Shown: positions 29,830-39,343 of the stretch, in pieces
How the letters are laid out: each line of letters opens with the position of its first letter
How positions within the stretch are numbered: position 1 is the first letter of the stretch
Assembly (NCBI GenBank): GCA_965217585.1
Contig: OZ244561.1
Location: 3,680,001-3,744,000 of the forward strand
Direction of reading: 5' to 3'
Source of the DNA: Candidatus Latescibacterota bacterium
GTDB lineage: Bacteria > Latescibacterota > UBA2968 > UBA8231
DNA: 64,000 nucleotides
Notes under the pieces: model-generated
Databases searched by the model: none
The model's input: the letters and a program-made list of their open reading frames with translations, nothing else
Told to the model about the DNA's origin: nothing
Position numbers and translations under genes: made by a program

Positions 29830-30249
29830 ATGGCTAAACGCGAGATCGCACGTGGAGGAGACGCGCTGCATCTGCGCCTCGATACCGCCGGAGGGGTGCC
29901 GATCTACCTGCAACTGATCGAGCAGATCAAGTATCACATCGCCACCGGCATCCTCAAAGCCGACGACGAGCTGCCCTCAGTGCGGACCCTGGCCAGCGCC
30001 CATTTGATCAACCCGAACACCGTCGCCCGCGCCTATCTCGAATTGGAGCGCGAGGGCGTCATCTACAAAAGGCGCGGCATGGGAACTTACGTCGCCGAAA
30101 AGGGGGTCTCTATGAGTACCGAAGAGCGGCTGAATATAGTTCGCAAGCTAATGGAAAAAGCACTGGTGGAAGGGACGCAGCTCGGGCTGGACGCGGCGAG
30201 TCTGCGCCGAGTGTTTGAGGAAACCTTAGAAAAATTCAGCAGCCAATAG
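29830..30249 (+). CDS. GntR family regulator, YtrA subfamily
   Basis: PIYLQL, LPSVRTLA, INPNTVARAY, RGMGTYV; short C-terminus; heads an ABC operon. Confidence 0.92.
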   Translation: MAKREIARGGDALHLRLDTAGGVPIYLQLIEQIKYHIATGILKADDELPSVRTLASAHLINPNTVARAYLELEREGVIYKRRGMGTYVAEKGVSMSTEERLNIVRKLMEKALVEGTQLGLDAASLRRVFEETLEKFSSQ

Positions 30250-30260
30250 GAGAAGCGACT

Positions 30261-31157
30261 ATGGCAGCAGCGGCGATTCGCATCGCAGGCTTGGTTAAAA
30301 CCTTTGGCAACCACCAAGCGGTAGATGGGCTGGACTTGGAAGTGCCCCAGGGCAGCATCTTCGGCTTTTTAGGGCGCAACGGAGCCGGCAAGACCACGAC
30401 CATCAAAGTACTGATGAATATGCTCAAACCCACAGCCGGCACGGTGGAGGTGCTGGGCCAGGACCCGCACGTCCACGAAAAGGAACTCAAGGAGCGGGTA
30501 GGCTATATCTCGGACAATCCGGTGCTCTACGACTGGATGAAGGTCGAGGAGGTGGCGTGGTTTGCCGGGCAGTTGTATCCGCGCTGGGATCAGCAGAAGG
30601 TCGCCGCGTTGATTGAGCACTTCGGGCTGGACCCCAAGCAGAAGGTCAAGCACCTGTCGCGGGGCATGAATGCCCAACTCAATCTGGCTTTGGTGCTGGG
30701 CCATGACCCGGAGTTGTTGATCCTCGACGAGCCGGCTTCGGGGCTGGACGTGATTGTGCGCCGCGACGTGCTCGAAAGCATCATCCAAGTCATCAGCGCG
30801 GAAGGCCGGACGGTGTTTTTCTCGTCGCATTTAGTGCACGAAGTCGAACGGGTGGCCGACCAAGTCGCCATTATCGAACAGGGCAAGTTGCTGGTCTGCG
30901 GTGAGCTAGACGCGGTGCGGCAGCAGGTTAAGCGGGTGCTGGTGCGGACTGAGGGCACGGTGGATTTTGCCGGGGTGCCGGGGCTGCGCGGTGTGCAGGG
31001 CGAGGCCCGCCAGCGGCTCTTGACCATTTTCGACTACGGAGACGAGGCCAAAGCGCAGATCGAAGCGGCGGGCGGACAAGTTGTCGAGGTGATCGACTTG
31101 AGCTTAGAGGAGAGTTTCGTCGAACACGTGACGCCACAAGGGGAGCTTCCATCGTGA
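30261..31157 (+). CDS. ABC-2 type ATP-binding protein
   Basis: GRNGAGKTT, LSRGM, LILDEP, SSH. Confidence 0.92.
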   Translation: MAAAAIRIAGLVKTFGNHQAVDGLDLEVPQGSIFGFLGRNGAGKTTTIKVLMNMLKPTAGTVEVLGQDPHVHEKELKERVGYISDNPVLYDWMKVEEVAWFAGQLYPRWDQQKVAALIEHFGLDPKQKVKHLSRGMNAQLNLALVLGHDPELLILDEPASGLDVIVRRDVLESIIQVISAEGRTVFFSSHLVHEVERVADQVAIIEQGKLLVCGELDAVRQQVKRVLVRTEGTVDFAGVPGLRGVQGEARQRLLTIFDYGDEAKAQIEAAGGQVVEVIDLSLEESFVEHVTPQGELPS

Positions 31158-33034
31158 GGGCTTGGCGCGCATTGCTGTGGAAGGAAAGCCGCGAGGAGCT
31201 GCCAAAGGTGCTGGTGGGGTTGGGGCTATGCGCGATGGTGGTGGCGCTGCGGCAGAACGCGGAATTCAACGAGGAATTTGCCCGAGACTTCGGGATGTGG
31301 ATTACGATCTCTATCTTGGTCTGCGGCGGCGCGCTGGGCATGGGCTTGGTCGCCAAGGAAAGCAGCAAGGGCACCTTGTCGTTTTTGCTGGGCAAGCCCC
31401 TGTCGGCAGCGGAAGTGTTGCTGCCCAAGTACGTCGTCGGCGCGGTGGCCCTGTTGGTGCTGGTTGCCGGGGCTTGGGCGACGGTGTATCTGGACTTGGA
31501 GGGGCTGGCGTCTAAGGGCTACAGCGTCTATAGCGGTGGTGGCGCTTGGTACCCCTCTGTAAAGCGGCTCGCCGAGGAGGTAGGCTATGTCAACATGTTG
31601 TTGGTCTCCCTTACGCCGGGGTTGATTGCCTACAGCGTGATATTCGCCAGCTCGACGGTGGCCGACCACCCGCTCAAGGGGGCGGCTGTGGGAACTTTGC
31701 TGCTGATCGTCTTGGTTCTAGCGACCGACAATGTGCTCCGGTATTTCCCTGCACTCAAGCCATTTTTCTCCATCAATCCAGGAATCAGCTTCCGGGGTAC
31801 GGTAGTCCGCATAGTGGGCGACCCGTGGGGCCTTTTGGTGCGGTTAGGTGCGACAGCGGCAGTGATGTCAGCGGGTGTGGCGGTTTCCATAGCGCTTTTT
31901 CGCCGCTTTCGAGGGGTCAGCATCGGCTGGAAGTCCACTATCATTGGCTGGCTGGCCCTGATCTCTTTCATAGCTGTGATGGATCTAACCTCTGAGCCTC
32001 GGCCGCCGAGACCAGGCCCGCTGAGCGTACTGACGCCCGAAGAGGGGGCCTATATCGATTTGGCGGTCGTCGGAGATCGGGGGTATGTGGCGACTGAAGG
32101 GGGCTTGGCGGTCGTGGATTTGCGCGATCCTACCAAGCCTGAGCTACTAGCCACCGTGGAGGCACCGCTGTGGTCAATGCGCCGGGTCGCGGTCGTGGAT
32201 TCGCTGGCCTATCTCCTCGGCCAGCGCAAGGGCTTGCCCGCCGACAGCCTCGGCATCGCCGTCTTCAGCGTCGGCAACCCGGGCCACCCGGTCTTCAAAG
32301 GGTACCGGATAATCGGCGACGGTATAGGGGGATTGTGGGACTGGGATCGGTGCGGTGCGGGGCTGATCCTCAGCGGGCGTTGGGGCGACAAGTTGGGATT
32401 AGTGTCGTTTGCGCTAGATGCGGAAGGGCTGCCAGCACGGGCTGATGAACTGGTCGTCGAAGAGCTACCAGAAGACTATAAGAATGACTTCAGAGGCTGG
32501 TGGAATCGCAAACTGTCCATGCACATACGCAACGAGCGGATATGGGTAGGATACAGGGACGGTTTCCTCGCGGTGGATGCCCGGAATCTAAGGGCGCTGC
32601 AAGAGACTGTGCGAGTGGAGATGGGCGACTACAATAGTGAGTACGACTCGCACAAGAGCCGTACGCTAACCCGCGAGGGCAACACGCTCTACGTCCAACG
32701 GTACTGGCCCGGAAACTTGGTAGCCTTCGACATCACCGATCCGAATAGGCCACGTGAGATCGGGTACTGGTTTTTTGATGCTAAGAATACGATAAAAATA
32801 ATCGACGACTGGGTGTACAGCACGGCAGGGAATGGGTTATTTGTCGATCGGTTGACCGATTATCACGCCTACGAGGACATGGGCTATTGGCAAGTGCCCG
32901 ACGAACTACAGTCTTTCTCTTCTTTCGCTTATGGGTGGAGACGGCTCCATTTCGTCCGCGGCCATTTCTACACCCTGATCGGGCGTTCGCTCATGGTGTT
33001 CCCGCTGGAGCAGGCCAAAGGAGGCCGGCTATGA
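31154..33034 (+). CDS. ABC-2 permease fused to an LVIVD-repeat domain
   Basis: LLWKESRE, ESSKGTLSFLLGKP and several TM segments, then GLAVVDLRDPTKP and LVAFDITDPNRP repeats. Confidence 0.75.
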   Translation: MRAWRALLWKESREELPKVLVGLGLCAMVVALRQNAEFNEEFARDFGMWITISILVCGGALGMGLVAKESSKGTLSFLLGKPLSAAEVLLPKYVVGAVALLVLVAGAWATVYLDLEGLASKGYSVYSGGGAWYPSVKRLAEEVGYVNMLLVSLTPGLIAYSVIFASSTVADHPLKGAAVGTLLLIVLVLATDNVLRYFPALKPFFSINPGISFRGTVVRIVGDPWGLLVRLGATAAVMSAGVAVSIALFRRFRGVSIGWKSTIIGWLALISFIAVMDLTSEPRPPRPGPLSVLTPEEGAYIDLAVVGDRGYVATEGGLAVVDLRDPTKPELLATVEAPLWSMRRVAVVDSLAYLLGQRKGLPADSLGIAVFSVGNPGHPVFKGYRIIGDGIGGLWDWDRCGAGLILSGRWGDKLGLVSFALDAEGLPARADELVVEELPEDYKNDFRGWWNRKLSMHIRNERIWVGYRDGFLAVDARNLRALQETVRVEMGDYNSEYDSHKSRTLTREGNTLYVQRYWPGNLVAFDITDPNRPREIGYWFFDAKNTIKIIDDWVYSTAGNGLFVDRLTDYHAYEDMGYWQVPDELQSFSSFAYGWRRLHFVRGHFYTLIGRSLMVFPLEQAKGGRL

Positions 33035-34902
33035 GAGTCTTATACGCGCTGTTGTGGAAAGAGGGTCGCGAAATCCTGCCCAAGGTGCTAGTAATCGTCG
33101 CGCTCGCCGCGCTGGTCTATCTGATGCGGCACAATGCCGATTTCAACCGCATCTATGCAGAAGGATTCGAAATTCTGATTATGGGTGGCCTAGTGATGAT
33201 GGCGATGGGGGCTGTGGACGCCGTCGCTCGCGAGCGCAGCACTGGCACCCTATCCTTCCTCCTAGACAAGCCGGTGGCGGGCGCGACGGTGCTGGCCGTC
33301 AAGTTTTTGGTGGGACTTGGCGGGCTGCTGTTGGTTGCGCTAGCGGCTTGGGCGACGATATATCTGGATCTGGCCGATCTCGAAGTGGGTAGCGAGTGGC
33401 GGGCATCTCAACTGGTCACCGTGCAGAGTATCGACTATGCCTCAATGGTCGCTCTGTCGTTTACTCAATTCTCGCTGCTCTACGCCTTGATTTTTATCGG
33501 CTCGGTGGTGGCGGATCATCCCTTCAAGGGAGCCGCCGTGGGTATTGCGTTGGCTGTAGTGTTGGGGGGGTTCCTCACAGGCCCGGCGACAGCTCTTTTC
33601 CCGCTTCTCAATCGCTACCCACTCGTCGCAATCGACTTGGATAATCAAGGGCATTTGGTGCGCTTGGCGACGGACGCGGCTCGGTTTTGGGTGAAGGTCT
33701 TGGCTAGCCTAGGCTTAACAGCGGCGGCCTTGGTAGTGGCAGCGGTGCTTTTGCGCCGCTATCGCGAGGCAATTCTCTCGTGGCGCACAGTGGCGATAGG
33801 GTGGGGTGTGGCCCTTGCCGCCATCTTTGCCGTCGCCTATGTCGAGCTCCCTTGGGACAACCAGCGAATGCCTACTGGGATATTAGAGCGCCCCGCTGAT
33901 GGGGCCTATATGGATCTCGCCATCCATGGGGAGTTCGCCTATATGACCACTGGAGAAAGCAGTATCGCCATCGCCGACCTGAGCGATCCACAGCAAATGC
34001 GCCTGCTCGGCAGCACTGCATCCAAGGACTATGTATTGAGCAGTCACGGGCTACCATCGAGCGAAATATGCGTAATCGATTCGCTGGCCTACATCGTCGG
34101 ATGGCGCAAAGGGCTGCCCAGCGACAGCCTCATGGTGACGGTCTTCGACGTCAGCGATCCGACCGCGCCTACGCTCAAGGGCCACCTCATGTTCGCCGCC
34201 GTCAAAAAGGCGAAGAGGCACTACCAGTACTGGGGGGCCACGGACGGCGGATTGCTCTTGGTCTGTGAGCGGGGCGACGTCGTGATCGCCGAGGCTTTTG
34301 CCCTCGACGCCGAGGGAATGCCGGTGGTGGGCGATGAACAGGAGCTCATGCCCATGCCCATTTTCGACTCCGTATGGGAGCGCCGGTGCCACGTACGGGT
34401 GCGCGGAAGTCGTGCCTACATTGGAACTGAGCGTGAATTGGTGGTCCTCGATGTGGCCGACGCACACGCGTTGCGCGAGATCGGGCGGCATACGCTAGAG
34501 TCCTTTCGGCCTTGGTCTTACTACGATTCTAGGCTGGTAGCTATCGATGGCGACAGGCTTTATGTCGAGCGCTTTTGGCCGCACGAGTTAGTCGAGTTCG
34601 ATATCACCGATCCCGACTCATTGCGCGAAGTAGGATACCTGCCGTTGTCTCGGAACGATAGGCTGGAACTTGGGCAGTTGCTGATTGCCAATGGAGTAGC
34701 CTACGGCCTAGTAGGCCATTCAGACGTCAAGATGAGAGCGTGGACTATAGCTGGATACGGGGCACTGATCGAGGGAGATCCCTTGATTGTACCCGAAGAA
34801 CCCGATAGGGATCACTATTGGGGTTTCAACGCCATATACGTAGCCAATGGGTATCTTTACGCGACGAGGCGCGGTGCGCTGCTGGCGTACCGTTTGGACT
34901 AG
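33031..34902 (+). CDS. Paralogous ABC-2 permease + LVIVD-repeat protein
   Basis: LLWKEGRE, ERSTGTLSFLLDKP, IAIADLSDP, VFDVSDPTAP, EFDITDP; ATG overlaps the upstream stop. Confidence 0.75.
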   Translation: MRVLYALLWKEGREILPKVLVIVALAALVYLMRHNADFNRIYAEGFEILIMGGLVMMAMGAVDAVARERSTGTLSFLLDKPVAGATVLAVKFLVGLGGLLLVALAAWATIYLDLADLEVGSEWRASQLVTVQSIDYASMVALSFTQFSLLYALIFIGSVVADHPFKGAAVGIALAVVLGGFLTGPATALFPLLNRYPLVAIDLDNQGHLVRLATDAARFWVKVLASLGLTAAALVVAAVLLRRYREAILSWRTVAIGWGVALAAIFAVAYVELPWDNQRMPTGILERPADGAYMDLAIHGEFAYMTTGESSIAIADLSDPQQMRLLGSTASKDYVLSSHGLPSSEICVIDSLAYIVGWRKGLPSDSLMVTVFDVSDPTAPTLKGHLMFAAVKKAKRHYQYWGATDGGLLLVCERGDVVIAEAFALDAEGMPVVGDEQELMPMPIFDSVWERRCHVRVRGSRAYIGTERELVVLDVADAHALREIGRHTLESFRPWSYYDSRLVAIDGDRLYVERFWPHELVEFDITDPDSLREVGYLPLSRNDRLELGQLLIANGVAYGLVGHSDVKMRAWTIAGYGALIEGDPLIVPEEPDRDHYWGFNAIYVANGYLYATRRGALLAYRLD

Positions 34903-34975
34903 GGGCAAGACTAAGGGAGGCCGTGGGACGATGGAGTTCCTATTTCAAGAAGGTTTTCAACCAAGGAGAAGTCTG

Positions 34976-37021
34976 ATGATCTCATACCGTGTCATCCTCG
35001 TCGCCCTGCTCAGCACAGCGAGCGTGGGGCTGGCCCAAGCACCACGCGCCGCGACCATCACGGGGAAGATACACAATCCCCCAGCGCGGGAAATTGAGTT
35101 TGGCTACCAGTCTTCACTGTCGCCAACAAGGTCTGAACGCCTCGTCGTGCTGGACAGCGAAAACCGCTTCGCCCTCACCTTTCCGGTTCCCCGAGGAACG
35201 CTCGTCATCGGACGCTACAAAGACCCACAACCCCCCAAGTGGAAATGGCTGGAGGGGCTGCGATCTTTCGTCTTTGGGCCGCGCGCTCAGTTGATCCTTT
35301 TTGTCGAACCTGGGGACAGTCTGCACATCGAGATGAATGAAGGCCATTTCTCCTCCTCCCTAGAGTTCAGCGGCCAAGGCGCGGACAACAACCGCTTCAT
35401 AGCCGAGATTTTGCCCGACTACTTCGCCTTTCGCCTCGACTACGAAGGGCTGGCGTTGGAAGATTTCATTCGCCAAATGGAGCAGCGGCGGCAGGATGAG
35501 TTTGAGTGGCTCGCCAAGGGGCGTGAGAAGTACGCGCTTTCTGCGGGGTTTATCGATTATGCGACAGCTCGCTTCAACTACGAGTGGGCCAATGGGATGA
35601 TTTCCTACCCGACGGAGTACAGATTTGCCAACGGACGCGACAACAGAGACATCACCCCGGAGTACTACGACTTTCTACAAGACATTCCCTTGGTCGATGA
35701 AAAGGCCATTGGCACGGGCGAATATAGCACATTTCTGGAGCGCACCTTGGACCGGGAGTCAGGCAAGGAGAAACCTAAACCCCTCACGCTATCCGATATG
35801 TACGATTTTTCGGGTTTGGAATTGTCGGACGCCGCACAGACCCAGCTCGACTCTCTATACGAAAAGGATGGCCGAAAACCCAGCCTGTCGAAAATGGTTG
35901 ATTTGTCGGCGTTGGGTTTGTCCGATTCGGAGCAGACCCAGCTCGACTCCCTGTACGCAAGTCGCCGATCACTCAAGCTGTCCGAAATATTCGATTTGTC
36001 GAAATTCGAGCTATCGGACGTCGCTCAAGCCCAGATCGACGCCTTCTACCAGCGATCGGATCAATCCTTTGGCATTACCCGTTCAAGCAAGTACGACTCG
36101 CCTAGCATTGATACGCTGGGCACGAGAGTGGTGTTTCACCTGCCAATGGAAGAAGAGCTTGAGGGTGTGGGCAGACCACCTAAGCTATCTGAGCTATTCG
36201 AGTGGTCGGAGTTGAGTCTATCGGCCGCTGCCGTGGCTCAGCTCGACTCCCTGTACGAACATCGCCGCTCGCTCAAGCTATCCGAGAAACTCGACCTAGC
36301 GGAATTAGGTCTGTCGGAAGCGGCGCAAGCCTAGCTCGACTCCATCTATGCCGCGCCTTGGATGAGGAGGATTAGTTTTGGTGGGAAACGATACGATCTA
36401 GCTAAGCAAAAACTGGCCGGGAGAGTGCTCTATTGGTTTCTGGCCGGCGAGCTAATTAATGGGTTTGAGCGCGGCCACACAGACTTTGCATTAGTCAATG
36501 AAAGGTGGGAGAAATTCAAAGAAACCAATCCCTACCCAGAGTACAACGAGGCCATCGAGGCGGCGTTGGCCAAGTCGCTGGTTCTACAACCGGGGCAACC
36601 CGCGCCCGACTTCACCCTCGACGACCTCGACGATCAGCCGGTATCGCTGAACCAATTCAAAGGGAAAGCGGTGTTTATTGATTTCTGGGCGAGTTGGTGC
36701 GGGCCGTGCATCGGTGATCTGCCCTATATACAGAAAATCAAGGAAGAGATGGCCGAGCAGCCGGTCGTCTTCCTCAACATCTCGTTGGACGACGATGAGG
36801 AAGCCTGGAGAGAGGCGGTTGCCAAACACGAGATCAAAGGCGTTCATCTGCGGGCGGCTGGATGGGGAGCGGAAGTAGCAAAAGCCTATAGCATCCGCAG
36901 TTTGCCTTCGTATTATGTGGTGGATGCACAGGGACGGATCGCAGAACGGCTGCGCGTATTAGACGATACCCAAAAGATCGTCGCCAAAATCGCGGAGAGC
37001 ACCAAAGCAGCGGGCGGCTAA
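34976..37021 (+). pseudogene. Secreted TlpA-like thiol-disulfide oxidoreductase with internal repeats, split by an in-frame TAG (36332-36334)
   Basis: AAGGAG RBS and signal peptide; ORFs 34847-36334 and 36362-37021 share one frame; C-terminal APDFTL...DFWASWCGPC. Confidence 0.82.
35789..36349 (+). repeat. Five ~31-aa coding repeats (LS..D...L.LS..AQ.QLDSLY)
   Basis: Seen in translation; the DNA core AGCTCGACTC recurs. Confidence 0.85.
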
Positions 37022-37042
37022 TCGCCAGACTAGCCGAAGTTC

Positions 37043-37078
37043 AAGAAGAGGGGTCGGGATTGCTCCCGGCCTCTTTTT
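37043..37078 (+). terminator. Intrinsic terminator
   Basis: GGGTCGGGA-TTGC-TCCCGGCCT stem followed by a T-run. Confidence 0.7.
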
Positions 37079-37122
37079 GCGCTATCATCAAAATCTCTCC
37101 CCAACAACGAAAGCCAACGCAC

Positions 37123-37872
37123 ATGACCGCAGCGATATTTGCCGGGCGCACTGCCTTAGTAACGGGCGGCAGTCGCGGCATCGGCCGCGCCATCGTCCGG
37201 ATGCTGGCCGAGCACGGGGCCAGAGTCGCCATCAACTACCAACACAACGCCGAGGCCGCGCAGGAGATCTTGGCGCAGGTCGAGTCATGCGGCACCGAGG
37301 GCATGGCCGTCCAAGCCGACGTGTCACAGCAGGCAGAAGTCGAGCAGATGGTCGCCCAAGTGCGCGCGGCATTCGGACCGGTCGAACTGCTGGTCAACAA
37401 CGCCGGGATCGCCTATACCCAAGAGCACGGCGAGTTCGGCTTTGCCGAGTGGGAAAGGATGTTCGCGGTCAATGTCCACGGGCCGTTTTTGACCACCTGG
37501 GCCGTCAAGGACGAGATGATCGCGCGGCGCTTTGGGCGGATCGTCAATATCTCCTCGCTGGCCGCTTGGCTCCTCAAGCCGAACATGATCCACTACGCCA
37601 CGACGAAGGCGGCCGTCATCGCCTTCACCCGGCAGTGCGCCCAGGCGCTTGCCGAGCACAACGTGCGGATCAACTGCCTAGCGCCGGGGCTGACGGATAC
37701 CGATCTGGCGCGCTCGGCCAACCCCGGACAAGTCGCCGAGCTAATCGCTAGCACTCCGATGGGACGGATGGCCGATCCAGCCGAGATGGCGTCGGTGGTC
37801 CGCTTTTTATTGTCCGAAGAGTCCAGTTTTATCACCGGACAGACGATTACCGCCTGCGGCGGACGGTCGTAG
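37123..37872 (+). CDS. SDR family oxidoreductase (FabG-like)
   Basis: TGGSRGIG, NNAG, YATTK, FITGQ. Confidence 0.92.
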   Translation: MTAAIFAGRTALVTGGSRGIGRAIVRMLAEHGARVAINYQHNAEAAQEILAQVESCGTEGMAVQADVSQQAEVEQMVAQVRAAFGPVELLVNNAGIAYTQEHGEFGFAEWERMFAVNVHGPFLTTWAVKDEMIARRFGRIVNISSLAAWLLKPNMIHYATTKAAVIAFTRQCAQALAEHNVRINCLAPGLTDTDLARSANPGQVAELIASTPMGRMADPAEMASVVRFLLSEESSFITGQTITACGGRS

Positions 37873-37883
37873 GGAGGAAGGCT

Positions 37884-39254
37884 ATGGCGATGCACGACGA
37901 AATATACGCGGCCTACGGGGCGGTGCGCCCCCGGTCACAGGAGTATTTTGCCCGCGCCTGCAAGGCGCTCGGCGGCAAGGCTGGACACGACTTGCGCTAC
38001 TCGACGCCGATGCCGCTCTATATCGAGCGGGGAGCCGGCGGCCGCAAGTGGGATGTCGATGGCAACGAGTATATCGACTTCCTGCTCGGCAACGGGGCCC
38101 TGCTTTTGGGGCACGCGCCCGCCGAAGTTGTAGCGGCCATCGCCGAGGCGGTGGGGCGCGGGACGCACTTTGGCAATGACCATCCACTGCACATCGAGTG
38201 GGCCGAGCGGATACAGGCGCTGGTCCCCTCAGCCGAGCGCGTGCGCTTAGTCAATTCGGGGACGGAGGCGACCCTGCTGGCGCTGCGTTTGGCGCGGGCT
38301 TTTACCGGCCGCCACAGGGTGCTGCGCTTTGCCGGCCACTTCCACGGGTGGCACGACGACGTGATGCGCGGCGTGCAGCCGCCCTTTGACGCGGACGGTT
38401 CGCTGGGTATCCCGCCACAGGTGCGCGAGCACGTGATCTGCGTACCGGCGGGGGATGCAGACCAAGTCGCCGACGTCCTCGACGCAGAGGGCGATATTGC
38501 GGCGGCTATTATCGAGCCGTCGGGGGGATCGTGGGGCCGAGTGCCCTTGGCAGCGGAGTTTTTGCGCGACCTGCAAACAATAACCAGAGCGCGCGGAGTG
38601 GTGCTGATTTTCGACGAAGTGGTCACTGGCTTTCGCTTCAGCCCAGGCGGTGCGCAAGTGCTCTACGGGCTGCGGCCGGACCTGTCTTGTTTTGCCAAGG
38701 TGGTCGCCGGCGGCATGCCCGGTGGGGCCGTGGTGGGGCGAGCGGACATTATGGCCCTTTTCGATGTGACGGACGATGCCCGTCAGCGAGTGACGCACCA
38801 AGGGACTTTTAATGGAGCACCGCTTTCGGCCGCGGCTGGGATCGCCGTGCTCAAGCGCGTGGCCACGGGCGAGCCGATCGACCAAGCCAACGCCCGCGCC
38901 GCCGAGCTGCGCACCGCCTGGGACGAAGTACTGGAGCGCCGAGGTGTCGCTGGGTATGTGTACGGGGTGTGTTCGACCTTCCACGTCTATTTTGAAACCG
39001 ATCGCCAGCGCGTGCAAAAGGCCCACAGCCGAGCGGATTTACACACGACCGAGGCCGAGCGGCTCAAGGGGATGCCGGGGAAGCTAGTCGAAGAGTACCA
39101 GCGCAATCTGCGCTATTATGGGGTCGATAACATGAGCTCTACCGGCGGAGTACTCTCGTCGGCGCACACGGCCCAGGATGTCGAGGAGGCGACCGAGGTG
39201 TTTGCCCGGACGGTTGAGTCGCTCTTGGCACAACGGCTGATTCTGACGTTGTAG
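37884..39254 (+). CDS. Class III aminotransferase (GSA aminomutase-like)
   Basis: WDVDGNEYID, NSGTEA, HFHGWHD, IFDEVVTGFR, FAKVVAGG, GTFNG. Confidence 0.88.
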   Translation: MAMHDEIYAAYGAVRPRSQEYFARACKALGGKAGHDLRYSTPMPLYIERGAGGRKWDVDGNEYIDFLLGNGALLLGHAPAEVVAAIAEAVGRGTHFGNDHPLHIEWAERIQALVPSAERVRLVNSGTEATLLALRLARAFTGRHRVLRFAGHFHGWHDDVMRGVQPPFDADGSLGIPPQVREHVICVPAGDADQVADVLDAEGDIAAAIIEPSGGSWGRVPLAAEFLRDLQTITRARGVVLIFDEVVTGFRFSPGGAQVLYGLRPDLSCFAKVVAGGMPGGAVVGRADIMALFDVTDDARQRVTHQGTFNGAPLSAAAGIAVLKRVATGEPIDQANARAAELRTAWDEVLERRGVAGYVYGVCSTFHVYFETDRQRVQKAHSRADLHTTEAERLKGMPGKLVEEYQRNLRYYGVDNMSSTGGVLSSAHTAQDVEEATEVFARTVESLLAQRLILTL

Positions 39255-39343
39255 CGCCGCGGTCTTGCCGTATGGCGCGGTCGCCTGTAGTTTTTACGTT
39301 ACATTCCCTTCACATTCTCATTATTTTTCAGTGAGGTTCGTCT

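Noticed and set aside
24274-36334. Genome-wide TAG-to-Gln recoding or pyrrolysine, suggested by two in-frame TAGs
   Set aside because: Full-length conserved genes (P-II, def, fbaB, oppC-like) end at TAG, and no pyl genes or suppressor tRNA are in the window. C>T nonsense changes are simpler.
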